Shown: positions 12,058 to 27,392, counted from the first letter of the stretch. The stretch is DNA of 64,000 bases from Octopus sinensis (GCF_006345805.1 NC_043010.1:13392001-13456000); one strand, 5' to 3'. Numbers and translations are program-made. Notes: a model not told the origin generated them from the sequence alone.

Positions 12058-13260
12058 ATTCCTTACTGATGAGCTCCCCCTTCATTCAAGCTGCACACGC
12101 GCACACACACACAAACACACGTACATGCATACGTACAGATGTGCTCACGCAAATACATGCGCATGCACACACACACACACGCACACACACATATACATGT
12201 ACATGTACAGATGCGCTCATGCAAATACACACACGCAATTGTATATACACACGCATGCATGCATGCATACATACAAATGTGCAAATACAAACACACACAC
12301 ATACACACACTACTCTGCTCTTCAATATCAAGCTACTATTCAACACATGAACACACACACACACACATAAACAGAAACACACATGCACGTACATGCACGC
12401 ACACACATGTACATGCAACCGTAGTCAGTAACACTAGTACCATTCTACCCACACACACACACACACACATTACCCTAGTCACCAATATCATCAGAACCAT
12501 TCCACAAAACACATGCACACACACACACACATATGCACACATGCATGCATACATGCACACACACACACACATGCACTCACATACACATGCACACAGACGT
12601 ATACACAGAAATACATACATACATGTACACACTCACACACATGCATGCGCATGCCCTCATACACATACATGCACACACGTGCATGCATACACACATACAT
12701 AGATACACACACACACGCGCATGCATACACATACATACATACACACATGCGTACACATACACATACATGCACACATACTCAGAAATACACACACTCACGT
12801 ACACACAGGCACACACACATTTATGCACGCGCAGGCAAACACACACACAGGCACACACACAGACTCACATACGCACAGGCACACACACACTTATGCACGC
12901 GCAGGCAAACACACACACACACACTCATGTACGCACAGGCACACGCACACACTTATGCACGCACAGGCAAACACACACACACACTCACGTACGCACACAC
13001 ACACACACACTTATGCACGCGCAGGCAAACACACACACACACATACACACACACGTACGCACAGGCACACACACACACTTATGCACGCGCAGGCAAACAC
13101 ACACACAACACACACACGCACACATACACTTCCCTAGTCATCAATATCACAACTACCATTCCACATGCCTCCACTCCCCCCCCGCCGCCGCACATCATAC
13201 ACACACACACACACAATCCATCCACCACCACCACCATCACCACCACCACCACCACCATTA
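11215..13260. repeat. About 2-kb compound (CA)n microsatellite with a 50-60-bp sub-unit near 12800-13110
   Basis: Direct reading; sub-unit acgcacaggcacacacacacttatgcacgcgcaggcaaacacacac. Confidence 0.9.
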
Positions 13261-13504
13261 ACCCCTCCTCGCTGCCCCAACCTCAACCATGTTCTTCTCT
13301 CCTGCTCCAGAATGTGAGGCAGAGTTTTTACAGTATTATTCAAGGGACTGTCATCAGCGAAGACAGCTCTCAGTGCTGATTGGAATTTCACAGATAGAAT
13401 TATCAAGAACAATGCAAGGGAGAAACCCTGCCAGAGCCAATGCTGCTTGCTTCGACCCAATTTCAAAGACTGCTGCTTTTCCATAGATCAGCCATCCCCT
13501 GTGC

Positions 13505-14188
13505 ATTCAAATGGTGGTGATGGTGGGGGGGGTGGTGGTGGTGGTGGTGGTGGCGGCGGCGGTGGTGGTGGTGGTGGTGGTGGCAGTGGCGGCGGTGGTG
13601 GTAGTGGCGGTGGTGGTGGCGGCGGTGGTGGTGGTGGCGGTGGTGGTGGCAGTGGTGGTGGTGGTGGTGGCAGTGGTGGTAGTGGCGGTGGTGGTGGTGG
13701 CGGCGGTGATGGTAGTGGCGGTGGCGGTGGTGGGGTGGTGGTGGTGGTGGTGGTGGTGGTGGTGGTGGTGGTGGTGATGGCGATGGTGGTGGTGGTGGCG
13801 GCGGCGGCGGTAGTGGCGGTAGTAGTGGTGGTGGCAGTGGTGGCGGTGGTGGTGGCGGTGGTGGTGGCGGTGGTGGTGGTGGTGGTGGCATTGGTAGTGA
13901 AGGTGGCGGCAGCAGTGAAGATGGTGGAGGAGGTGGTGGTGGTAGTTGTAGTAGTAGTTTCTGTTGCTGCTGCTCTTGTTGCTGCTGCTGTTGTAGGCTC
14001 AGCGAGAAGAGGAAGGAGAAGAAGAGGAAGGAGAAGAAGAGGAAGGAGAAGAGGAAGGAGAAGAAGAAGAAGAGGAAGAAGAAAACCATAGTTCATTGTA
14101 CTAATAGCAGCAGATATGCTGTACTGGGATATTGAGTGGATGTGTTGAAAGCAGCAGCAGTAGTAGTAGCAGCAGCAGCAGCAGCAAC

Positions 14189-14225
<37 letters not shown>

Positions 14226-14422
14226 ATTTCGGGTTGCAATATAATGTTATATCAATAATACTAGTAGTCGATACACTAGTAGCATGAATGGGGACGGGAG
14301 GGCTACAGTGATGGTGGTTGTGGTGGGAGGGGAAGGCAGGTGTTGGCGGTGGGGGGTGGGGTATTGGGAGGAAGGGGGTGGTGGAGGTGGGTGACAGCAA
14401 TGACAACAATGACTACGACAAC

Positions 14423-14454
<32 letters not shown>

Positions 14455-14814
14455 CCACAATGATGATGAGGTGGTGGTGATGGTGGTGGTGGTGCAGTGT
14501 GGTTGGTAGTTGTAACAGTGGTAGAGAAGGTAGTAGTGGTGGTGGTGGTGGTAGTGGCAGCGGCAACAGTAGTAGTAGTAGTATAGTAGTAGTAGTAGTA
14601 GTATAGTAGTAGTAGTAATTTCGGGTTGCAATATAATGTTATATCAATAATACTAGTAGTCGATACACTAGTAGCATGAATGGGGACGGGAGGGCTACAG
14701 TGATGGTGGTTGTGGTGGGAGGGGAAGGCAGGTGTTGGCGGTGGGGGGTGGGGTATTGGGAGGAAGGGGGTGGTGGAGGTGGGTGACAGCAATGACAACA
14801 ATGACTACGACAAC

Positions 14815-14846
<32 letters not shown>

Positions 14847-15053
14847 CCACAATGATGATGAGGGTGGTGGTGATGGTGGTGGTGGTGCAGTGTGGTTGGT
14901 AGTTGTAACAGTGGTAGAGAAGGTAGTGGTGGTGGTGGTGGTGGTAGTGGCAGCGGCAACAGTAGTAGTAATAGTAGTAGTAGTAGTAGTAGTAATAGTA
15001 GCAGCAGCAGCTACTGTGGTAAATAGAGTAGCAGCATCACCAATGCTAATAAC

Positions 15054-15091
<38 letters not shown>

Positions 15092-15136
15092 TGGTAGTGG
15101 TAGTAGTAGTAGTAGTAGTAGCAGTAGTAGTAGTCA

Positions 15137-15169
<33 letters not shown>

Positions 15170-15600
15170 TATCAACAGCAGCAGCTGCTGCAGCAACTAC
15201 AAGGGTTGCACCATCAACACTACCACCACCACCAACAACAACAACAACAACAGCTGCAGCAGCGACAGCAGCAACAGCAACAATAGTAGTAGAAGCACAA
15301 GAACTAACAATACCATCCACACATCAACAGCATCGACAAGAAACACCATCAACGCCGGCAACAGCTGCAGCAGCAGCAATACTATTGTCACTACAATCAG
15401 CAGCACCACCTTCATCGATAACAGCAGCAGTAACAACAACGCAACCACCAGTAGCAGTAGCAGCACAATATATCGCCATCGAAAACACCATTACCATCAT
15501 CATCATCATCATCACCATTATCATCACCATCACCATCATTATCATCATCATCATCATCACCATCATCGTCATCACCATCATCGTTTCTAACAACAGCAAC
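13505..15600. repeat. Compound trinucleotide tract (GGT, AGA, TAG, CAG, CAT)
   Basis: Direct reading. Confidence 0.9.
14222..14985. repeat. Near-perfect direct duplication, 392-bp period
   Basis: aatttcgggttgcaat... starts at 14225 and again at 14617. Confidence 0.9.
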
Positions 15601-16699
15601 ACCTTCGACGCCATCGCCTTCAACGTTTGCAAGGACGTAAGCACCAGTAGGATAACAATATCGAACAAGACGACCACAACCACCATTGTCGTCTTCTTCC
15701 TTGATAACATCACCAGCATCACAACGAAGACCTGACAACACCACGCACGGCACAACAAGCTAGTAGCACAACAAAACTGCCACGACACCGCCACCGACAA
15801 TTTCGCTAATAACAACAACAACAACAACAACACTGGTTAGGGAACAGCAGCATCAATGCCATCGCCACATCCCGCCAACGGTACTACGTCCTGTAGCGCA
15901 ATAATGATTGACAACAAACGCTGCCGCCAACACTAGTAACGCAACAATATCATCACAAACGTTTACTACCACCTTTATCAATAACAACACATGACCAGAC
16001 CACCAGTAATGCTACAACATCGACATCAATAACAACATCAACAGCAATGCCACAATCTGTTGTATGACAATATGTCCAACAATAACACCTCTACTTTCAT
16101 CAGTAATGATAACATAACCACTAACAACACAGTCGTATAAACATCAGTAACAACACAATGTCTGATATCACAATAATGTCGACATATACATCATTTGCTA
16201 TCTAAACCAATAACAACACAGGCATCAGAAACATAACAATATGTCCAGCAATAACGCCACCGTCTTCACCAACAATGCAAAAATATCAACACAAATATGA
16301 TTGTCATTGACAACAACAATACCTATTTCTTTGCTACCCACAAGGGGCCAAACACAGAGGGGACAAACAAGGACAGACATAGTATTAAGTCGATTACATC
16401 GACCCCATTGTGTAACTGGTATTTAATTTATCGACCCTGAAAGGAAGAAAAGCAAAGTCGACCTCGGCGGAATTTGAACTCACAACGTGACGGCTGACAA
16501 AATACTGCTAGGTGTTTCGCTTGGCATGCTAACGTTTCTGCCAGCACACAACCACTAGTAATATAGTAATATAAACGTCAACATATCTGATATCAGCGCC
16601 ATTAGTTGCATGACAACATCAACAGTAACAACAACACTTTGTCAATAACAACAACATGACCCCTAATAATGCAACAATATCAAAGTCAGCAACATAACA

Positions 16700-19690
16700 A
16701 TCACCAATAACAAGATGGCCCCTAATAATACAGCAATATTGACATCAACACCATTGCCACCTTCACCAAAATCAAAAACAATATGACCCCCCCCAATCAC
16801 CAATAATGTAACAATATCAAAATCAGCACCACCACCCCACTCACCTTCTCCAATAACAACAACTCGACCCCTAAATATATGACAATATCAACATCAACAC
16901 CATTGCCATCTATACCAATATCAAAAACAATATGATCCCCCCATCGCCAATAATGTAACAATATCAAAATCAGCACCACCACCACCACCTTCTCCAATAA
17001 CAACAACGTGACCCCTAAAGATATGACAATATCGACATCAACACCATTGCCACTTTCACCAATATCAAAAACAATATGACACCACCCCCATCACCAATAA
17101 TGAAACAATATCAAAACAGCACCACCACCACCATCTTCTCCAATAACAACAACATGACCCCTAAAGATATGACCCCCTAAGATATGAGAATATTGACATC
17201 AACCCCATTGCCACCTTCACCAATATCGAAAACAATATGACCCCACCCTCATCACCAATAATGTAACAATATCGAAATCGACACCACCACCACCTTCTCC
17301 AATAACAACAACATGACCCCTAAAGATATGACAATATTGACATCAACACCATTGCCACCTTCACCAATATCAAAAACAATATGACCCCCCCCCATCACCA
17401 ATAATGTAACAATATCAAAATCACCACCACCACCACCATCACCTTCTCCAATAACAACATGACCCCTAAAGATATGACAATATCGACATCAACACCATTG
17501 CCACCTTCACCAATATCAACAACAATATGACCCCCCCATCACCAATAATGTAACAATATCAAATTCAGCACCACCACCACCACCACCTTCTCCAATAACA
17601 ACAACATGACCCCTAAAGATATGACAATATTGACATCAACACCATCGCCATCTTCACCAATATCAAAAACAATATGACCCCACTGCCATCACCAATAATG
17701 TAACAATATCAAATTCAGCACCACCACCACCACCACCTTCTCCAATAACAACAACATGACCCCTAAAGATATGACAATATTGACATCAACACCATTGCCA
17801 CCTTCACCAATATCAAAAACAATATGACCCCACCCACCTCATCACCAATAATGTAACAATATCAAAATCAGCACCACCACCACCACCTTCTCCAATAACA
17901 ACAACATGACCCCTAAAGATATGACAATATTGACATCAACACCATTGCCACCTTCACCAATATCAAAAACAATATGACCCCCACCTCATCACCAATAATG
18001 TAACAATATCAAAATCAGCACCACCACCACCACCTTCTCCAATAACAACAACATGACCCCTAAAGATATGACAATATTGACATCAACACCATTGCCACCT
18101 TCACCAATATCAAAAACAATATGACCCCCCCACCATCACCAATAATGTAACAATATCAAAATCAGCACCACCACCACCACCTTCTCCATAACAACAACAT
18201 GACCCCTAAAGATATGACAATATTGACATCACACCATTGTCACCTTCTCCAATATCAAAAACAATATGACCCCACCTCATCATCACCAATAATGTACAAT
18301 ATCAAAATCACACCACCACCACCATCACCTTCTCCAATAACAACACGTGACCCCTAAAGATATGACAATATCGACATCAACCCCATTGCCACCTTCACCA
18401 ATAAAAAACAATATGACCCCCCCATCACCAATATGTAACAATATCAAAATCAGCACACACCATCACATCACCTTCTCCAATAACAACAACGTGACCCCTA
18501 AAGATATGACAATATCGACATCAACCCCATTGCCACCTTCACCAATATCAAAAACAATATGACCCCCCCCCCCTCACCAATAATGAACAATATCAAAATC
18601 AGCACCCAACACCATCACCTTCTCCAATAACCAACGTGACCCCTAAAGATATGACAATATCACATCAACACCATTGCCACTTTCACCAATATCAAAAACA
18701 ATATGACACCACCCCCATCACCAATAATGAACAATATCAAAACAGCAACCACCAACCTTCTCCAATAACAACAACGTGACCCATAAAGATATGACAATAT
18801 CGACATCAACACCATTGCCAACTTTCACCATATCCAAAAAAATATGACCCCCCCCATCACCAATAATGAAACAATATCAAAACAGCACCACCACCACCAT
18901 CTTCTCCAGAACAACAACAAACCCCAACATATGACCCCTAAAGATATGACAATATTGACATCAACCCCATTGCCACCTTCACCATATCAAAAACAATATG
19001 ACCCCCACCCCATCACCAATAATGTAACAATCGAAATCGAACCCACCCCCACCACCTTCTCCAATAACAACAACGTGACCCCTAAAGATATGACAATATC
19101 GACATCAACCCCATTGCCACCTTCACCAATATCAAAAACAATATGACCCCCCCCATCACCAATAATGAAACAATATCAAAATCAGCACCACCACCACCAT
19201 CACCTTCTCCAATAACAACAACGTGACCCCTAAAGATATGACAATATCGACATCAACCCCATTGCCACCTTCACCAATATCAAAAACAATATGACCCCCC
19301 CCATCACCAATAATGTAACAATATTAAAATCAGCACCACCACCACCATCACCTTCTCCAATAACAACAACGTGACCCCTAAAGATATGACAATATCGACA
19401 TCAACCCCATTGCCACCTTCACCAATATCAAAAACAATATGACCCCCCCCCCATCACCAATAATGTAACAATATCAAAATCAGCACCACCACCACTCACC
19501 TTCTCCAATAACAACAACGTGACCCCTAAAGATATGACCCCTAAAGATATGACAATATCGACATCAACACCATTGCCACCTTCACCAATATTAACAACAA
19601 TATGACCCCCCCCCAATAACGCAACAGTATCGAAATCAACACCACCACCACCTTCTCCAATAGCAACAATGTGATCCCTAATAACACAAC
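16700..19690. repeat. About 147-bp C/A-rich minisatellite, about 20 units
   Basis: The unit atgacccctaaagatatgacaatattgacatcaacaccattgccaccttcaccaatatcaaaaacaat + atgaccccccccatcaccaataatgtaacaatatcaaaatcagcaccaccaccaccaccttctccaataacaacaac recurs from about 16716 to 19520. Confidence 0.95.
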
Positions 19691-19989
19691 AATATGTCCA
19701 TCAAAGACAATATCACTATTAGTTGCACAACAATACCGACATCAACAACATTATTCACCTTCACCAATTTATAGCATAACAACCACAAGGTATATGAACC
19801 ATAGTATGTCCACCGACAACAAACCCCATCTTCACCAATAACAACAACGACAATGACGACATGTCGGGCCCTCACCCACCCCCAATAACGAAACAATATC
19901 AACACCACCACTGCCGCCACCACCACCACATTCGTAACCAATACCATTGCCACCACCCTCCCCACTACCACCCTACCATCAAAAATCGC

Positions 19990-20470
19990 ACAATACCATC
20001 AATAAATACATCATCATCATCATCGTCATCATCACCATCATCATCATCATCATCATTGTTATCATCATCATCATCATCATTATTGTCATCATCATTGTCA
20101 TCATCACCATCATCATCATCATCATTGTCATCGTCATCATCATCGTCATCATCGTCATCATCATCATCATCATCGTCATCGTCATCATCATCATCGTCAT
20201 CATCATCATCGTCATCATCATCATCATCGTCATCATCATCGTCATCATCATCACTACCACTACTACCACTACTACCACTACTACTACCACTACTACCACC
20301 ACTACTACTACTACTGCTACTACAACCACTACTACTACTACTACCACTAATACTACTGCAACAGCAGCAGTAATACCAACACCACAACAAGGGGAAAACA
20401 ACAACAACAAGGACTCTACCACCTTCACACCACCACAACAACAACAACAACACCAGCATCAACAACAATG
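19990..20470. repeat. (CAT)n/(CTA)n/(CAA)n tract
   Basis: Direct reading. Confidence 0.95.
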
Positions 20471-21294
20471 AACCAACGAGGGAGAGCCTCTATGCTCTAT
20501 GCTCAATCTGTTAGAAAAAGCAGCCAAATCTCCCTCAAATCACACATCACCATCTTTTTTTTCTTTGCACATAGGCTGTGTGGTAAGTAGCTTGTTTACC
20601 AACCACATGGTTCCGGGTTCAGTCCCACTGCGTGGCACCTTGGGCAAGTGTCTTCTGCTATAGCCTCGAGCCGACCAAAGCCTTGTGAGTGGATTTGGTA
20701 GACGGAAACTGAAAGAAGCCTGTCGTATATATGTATATACATATATATATATGTATGTGTATGTGTATGTGTGTGTCTGTGTTTGTCCCCTTAGCATTGC
20801 TTGACAACCGATGCTGGTGTGTTTATGTCCCCGTCACTTAGCGGTTCGGCAAAAGAGACCGATAGAATAAGTACTGGGCTTACAAAAGAATAAGTCCCAG
20901 CGTCGATTTGCTCGATTAAAGGCAGTGCTCCAGCATGGCCGCAGTCAAATGACTGAAACAAGTAAAAGAGCATAAGAAAACAAAATGGGATGGGATGGGA
21001 TGGCCACAGCTGGAATGTCTTTGATCATAGGTTTGCCAGATTCGGACTGACCTGGGACTAAACAACAAATCTCCAGCAACCATCAAACCATTGCTAATTG
21101 TAGTAATTGTGCCATTGATAAAAGCTGCACCTAACATGTTAACATTAAAAAGTGAGGGAGCCACTGCATAGTAGCTCAACATGCTAGAAATAGCAGCTAA
21201 ATTTCCCTCAAATTAACTCCACCCCCACCCCCACCTCCTGTTGCCTTAAAAAGCAAGAGACACAGTGAACAATGCTGTCTTAGATATTCATGGT

Positions 21295-22285
21295 GAAGGT
21301 GTGTGGGTTAGTGGTTAGGGTAATCAGCTCGCATTCGTAAGGCCGTGAGTTCAATTTCAGGTAGTGCCCTGTGTCCCTGAGGGACACACTTTATTTCATG
21401 TTGCTCCAATCCACTCAGCTGCCAAAAATGGGTAGTACCTATTTCTTTATTACCCACAAGGGGCTAAACATCGAGGGGACAAACATGGACAGACATAGGT
21501 ATTAAGTCAATTACATCGACCCCAGTGCGTAACTGGTACTTAATTTATCGACCCCGAAAGGATGGAAGGCAAAGTCGACCTCAGCGGAATTTGAACTCAC
21601 AACATAACAGCAGCCAAAATACCGCTAAGCATTTCGCCCGACATGCTAACGTTTCTGTCAGCTCTCCGCCTTATGGGTAGTACCTGTAATTCTAAAGGGC
21701 CAGCCTTGTCACATTCTGTGTCACATTGAATTTCCCCGAGAACTACATTAAGGGTACGCGTATCTGTGGAGTTCTCAGCCATTTGTATATTAATTTCATG
21801 GGCAGGCTCTTTACTCTTTACTCTTTTACTTATTTCAGTCATTTGACTGTGGCCATGCTGGAGCACCGCCTTTAGTCGAGCAAATCGACCCCGGGACTTA
21901 TTCTTTGTGAGCCCAGTACTTATACTATCGGTCTCTTTTGCCGAACCGCTAAGTGACGGGGACGTAAACACACCAGCATCGGTTGTCAAGCAATGCTAGG
22001 GGGACAAACACAGACACACAAACATATACACACACACACATATATATATATACAAATATACGACAGGCTTCTTTCAGTTTCCGTCTACCAAATCCACTCA
22101 CAAGGCATTGGTCGGCCCGGGGCTATAGCAGAAGACACTTGCCCAAGATGCCACGCAGTGGGACTGAACCCGGAACCATGTGGTTGGTTAGCAAGCTACT
22201 TACCACACAGCCACTCCTGCGCCAGGCTGTTCCATTAATTGGATCGACTGGAACCCTCGTCGTTGTGACAGACAGAGTGCCACAC
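21295..22285 (+). mobile_element. Composite SINE (D-like core plus C-like tail) interrupted by a SINE B and a SINE A
   Basis: The core matches 2590-2660. The tail pieces 21686-21808 and 22223-22285 match 33470-33647. Confidence 0.7.
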
Positions 22286-22609
22286 TGACATGACATGATG
22301 GCCATGGCCAGAACACCCTCAGGATCATAGGTTTGCTCAATCAGGGATGACCCGGGCTGGAACAGGGCTAAATAGTAACAACAATAACAACAGCAACACA
22401 GTCAATAACAAGCAATGCAAGGGAGCCTGTAAGCAGTTACACACCCTGCTAGAAATAGCAACCAAATCGCCCTCAAATCACAGCTGCTATCTTATGCAAG
22501 GAATGACATGTTGCATAATACACTGCTTGAGATGTGGAATGGTCATGGCTGGAATGCCTTTGATCATGTATCGGGTTTGCCTAGTCGTTGCTTACCTGGG
22601 GTCTAAACC

Positions 22610-24420
22610 ACAACTGCTGCTGTTGCTGCTACTACTACTACTACTACTACTGCAGTCAGCGTCATCACCACCACCACTAACACCATCACTACCCCCACCA
22701 CATTACACCACCATGATCAATAATAACAACAACAACAACAACCACAACAACAGCACCAAGGCCACCAACCAATACCACCACCAGCACCACCACCATCAGA
22801 AACAAGACCACCACCATCATCACCATCACCATCATTGTCACCCCCATCGCTGACCAACACCACCACTGCTCCCCACACTGACACTGCAACCAACACCACC
22901 AACAGCAATCTCACTCCTGCTACCACCAACACAACCATTACCACCAGCACTACCACTATCACCACCACCACCAACACCACAAACACCACTAACTTCAACA
23001 CCAACAATACCATCACTACAACCAGCACCACCACCACTACAACCAGCACCACCACCACTACAACCAGCACCACCACCATCACCACTACAACCAACGCCAC
23101 TACCACACCACCATTGCCCCCCAGTACCATCAATACCACTGACAACATCAATACCACTAACTCTCTACAACAGCTCCAACCAAAAAAAAAAAAGCCTTTA
23201 TATGACCATCCAATGTTGCGAGAAACAGCAGCCAAATCTCCCTCAAATCACAACCTATTATCTTACTTGAAGATACACTGGAGAAAATGTAGTCCCTGAT
23301 ATACAGATTGACAGAATGGTCGTGGATGGAACACCTATCATCATAAGTCTGCACAATCAATTCTGACCTAGGGTTAAATGACCACAGTGCACTAGCACCA
23401 ATACATGTCAACATGGGGGAGCCATTATGAGGTCAACCAAACTGCCAAAAATAGCAGCTAAATCTTCTTTAAATCACTTCATGCTGTCTATAAAAAGCAA
23501 TGGAAGAAAACACTGGATAATATAGTGTCAGATATATTATGTTTTAAAATATAATTGGGTGGTCATATCTGGAACACCTTTGGATATGTGTGTTTAATCA
23601 TAGCTGTCGATCTTAGGTCTTTTCGGTCAAGACCAACCCGGGGCTAAATAACATCAACATCGACAAGATTATCAATGCCACAAGCCAAGGAAGGAACTTG
23701 AACCGCTAGAAATAGCAGCTAAATCTCCTTCGTTTAAAACCCTGTGTATGTCAGTCCGGAGTACAGGCAAGGCGAGAAAAAATTTCATGGGATGGTCATT
23801 GTTGGAATAACTTCGATCATAGGACTGACTTGATGAGAAGGGACTCAACAACAAGAACTATGCTATAAACAACAACAACACCGACACTAGCACCAACACA
23901 ATCAATATTGACACCATCAGGGCCAGGACTAATACAACCACGACCACCACCACCAACAACAACAACAGCACCACTAACAACACTGCCAATACTAGCATCA
24001 GGACCATCACAAATACAAACACAACCACCACCACAACCACCACCACCACCACAACCACCACCGCCACCACCACCACCACAACCACCACCACCACCACACA
24101 ACCACAACCACCACCACCACACAACCACAACCACCACCACCACAACCACCACCACCACCATCACCACCACAACCACCACACCACCACCACCACCACCGCC
24201 ACCACAACCACCGCCGCCACCACCACCACAGCCACCACGTACACTAATACCAACAATAACAACGAAAGCACCACCACCGACGCCAACACCAATACAAACA
24301 TCCAGCGCCAACACCGCCACCGACGCCAGCATCAAGAACAACGTCAAAGGCACCACCGCCGCCGCCACCACCAACAACAACAACAGCAGCATCAGCAGCA
24401 GCAGCAGCAGCAGTAGGTGA
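22610..24420. repeat. (CAC)/(CAA)-rich low-complexity tracts
   Basis: Direct reading. Confidence 0.85.
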
Positions 24421-24599
24421 GGAAGCTGCCTAGTTGTAGTTCTCTACCAAACTATGGTATATTTGGTGTTTTACTAGCAACAACAGCAGCAGCAGCTGCT
24501 ATAGTAGTGCACACTTGATGCACACTGGTGGATGTTGTTGTGTGCCAGCGGAGACGGCGGCGGCGGCGGCGGTGGTGGGATGGGGGGGGGCTTCAGTTG

Positions 24600-25880
24600 T
24601 TAGCACAGCTGACGATGTTGATGATGACGATGATGATGGGAAAAGCAACGATGATGATGATGACGATGATGATGATGACGATGATGATGATGATGACGAT
24701 GATGATGATGGCGATGATGATGATGATGACGATGATGATGATGGCGATGATGATGATGATGACGATGGATGATGGATGACGATGATGATGATGACGATGA
24801 TGATGATGATGAGATGATGATGATGGCGATGATGATGATGATGACGATGATGATGATGACGATGATGATGATGACGATGATGATGATGATGACGATGATG
24901 ATGGGAAAAGCAACGATGATGATGATGACGATGATGATGATGACGATGATGATGATGACGATGATGATGATGGCGATGATGATGATGATGACGATGATGA
25001 TGGGAAAAGCAACGATGATGATGATGACGATGATGATGATGACGATGATGATGATGACGATGATGATGATGGCGATGATGATGATGATGACGATATGATG
25101 AAAGCAACGATGATGATGATGACGATGATGATGATGACGATGATGATGATGGCGATGATATGATGACGATGATGATGGCGATGATGATGATGAAACGATG
25201 ATGATGATGATGACGATGATGTGGGACAAGCAACGATTGATGATGACGATATGATGATGACGATGATGATGATGGCGATGATGATGATGACGAGATTATG
25301 ATGATGACGATGATGATGGGAAAAGCAACGATGATGATGATGACGATGATGATGATGACGATGATGATGTGACGATGATGATGATGGCGATGATGATGAT
25401 GACGATGATGATGATGGCGATGATGATGATGATGTGATGATGATGACGATGATGATGATGGCGATGATGATGATGATGAACGATGATGATGATGGCGATG
25501 ATGATGATGAGACGATGAATGATGGCGATGATGATTATGATGACGATGATGATGATGGCGATGATGATGATGATGACGATGATGATGATGGCGATGATGA
25601 TGATGATGACGATGATGATGATGACGATGATGATGATGGCGATGATGATGATGATGACGATGATGATGATGGCGATGATGATGATGATGACGATGATGAT
25701 GATGGCGATGATGATGATGATGACGATGATGATGATGACGATGATGATGATGGCGATGATGATGATGACGATGATGATGATGACGATGATGATGGTGATG
25801 ATTATGATGATGATAATGATGATGATGACGATGATGATGATGACGATGATGATGGTGATGATGATGGTGATGGTGGCTTC
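24600..25880. repeat. (GAT)n/(GAC)/(GGC) trinucleotide array
   Basis: Direct reading, with periodic gggaaaagcaac interruptions. Confidence 0.97.
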
Positions 25881-26059
25881 TGTTGTTAACCACCACAGCT
25901 GCTGCTGATGATGCTGATTGACAATGACGATGACGACGACGACGACGACGGGTGAGATGTTGCTTCCTTCTGTTGTTATCACAGCTTAATGCTAATGATG
26001 ACGATGATGATGACGATGACAATGATGTCCTTCTGTTGTTACCACAGCTGATGTTGATG

Positions 26060-27356
26060 ATAATGATGACAACGATGATGATGATGATGATTGGTGATTG
26101 ATAATTGATGATGATGATGATGGTGATGATGATGGTGGTGGTGGTGGTGGTGGTGGTGGGGTGGTGGTGGTGGTGCTTCCTTGTGTTGTTAAAGGTCACA
26201 GTTGATGCTGTTGTTAAGGTGATGCTGCTGTGGGGAGACAACAGTGATGGGTAAATGATGAATGACGATGACAATGAAGACGACGACGACGACGATGACA
26301 ACGACGACGACAACGACGATGATGATGATGATGATGATGATGATAACAATGATGATGTTGATGATGATGATGTTGATGATGATGATGATGATGGCTATAA
26401 AACTTGATGCTGTTGCTTTCAATGTTGTTTTTATTTCAGCCCCAGGTCTAACTCTGATCAAACAGACAAGACAAGAGACCTTGTACGACTGATGTAGTTA
26501 GTATCCCAACCATGACCATCCCCATCCATTTTTGTTTATTTCTTTTTTCCTTTCCACTTTCATTGTTTTGTTTTTGTGGGGGGGGGGGGATTTTTTTGGT
26601 TATTCAAACATATTGCATGCCTCCAGAACTAACCACATTATTATTCCGTATGACAACCCACCCCAGCCCACCCCACCCCAATTTCATTTTTGTGGGAGAT
26701 TTGGCTGTGATTTCTAGCAAACCATATGACCACATCATTGAAGCTCCTTTGTCGGGCCCCCTAGTTACAATACAGATGTTATTGATTGTTGATGATGATG
26801 GTGGTGGTGGTGGTGGTGGTGGTGGTGGTGACAGCAGTCGTGTGTCGGGGGTTGAGGGAAAGATGTTGTTATGGGTTTAGCCCCATCCAGGTCATTCATT
26901 CCTGTTCAAGTAATGTATATTCCAGGCATGACCATCCCACCTTTGTGAGATGGTGCCTAGGACTAAATTTTACCTATCGTATCTATCTATGCCCACCTTA
27001 TCTTTTTAAGATGATGGAGTGTTTTGAGGGAGATTTTTCATTTTTTTTTTTTTGGCTATTATTTCCAGCAGTAGGTCAAGCCTCCATATTGGGGCTACCA
27101 CTGAAAATGCTATTGTTGTTATTACTGTTGTTGTTGTTATTGGTTGTGGTGGTGGAGGTAGTGGTGGTGGTGATGCTCTGTTGTTCATGATGATGATGAT
27201 GATGATGATGATTGTGACTGCAATAGTAAAAGGTGATGTGGAAGGACGCTGTGACTTATTGATGTTGTTGGTGTTGATGTCGATGTCGTGGTTGTTTGTT
27301 TTCAATGGGAATGTTGATATCATTGTCACTGCTACAACTGCTAATAATGCTGCTAC

Positions 27357-27392
<36 letters not shown>

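Noticed and set aside
11160-13379. Long HT/CV/YI-type ORFs here and at 1518-1917, 35775-37232, 57833-58790, 61573-62834
   Set aside because: They are translations of dinucleotide microsatellites that lack stop codons; there is no coding signal.
13447-15833. Gly/Val/Pro/Thr-rich ORFs up to 341 aa; similar ORFs at 19861-20471, 22347-24420, 27006-29049
   Set aside because: They come from trinucleotide low-complexity sequence open in most frames on both strands.
16700-19690. Mucin-like coding repeat
   Set aside because: Each half-unit ends in an in-frame TGA and the frames shift within the unit.
24499-26349. 616-aa His/Ser/Ile-rich ORF and the poly-D/poly-M ORFs on the other strand
   Set aside because: These are (GAT)n array translations; the amino-acid runs switch at indels.
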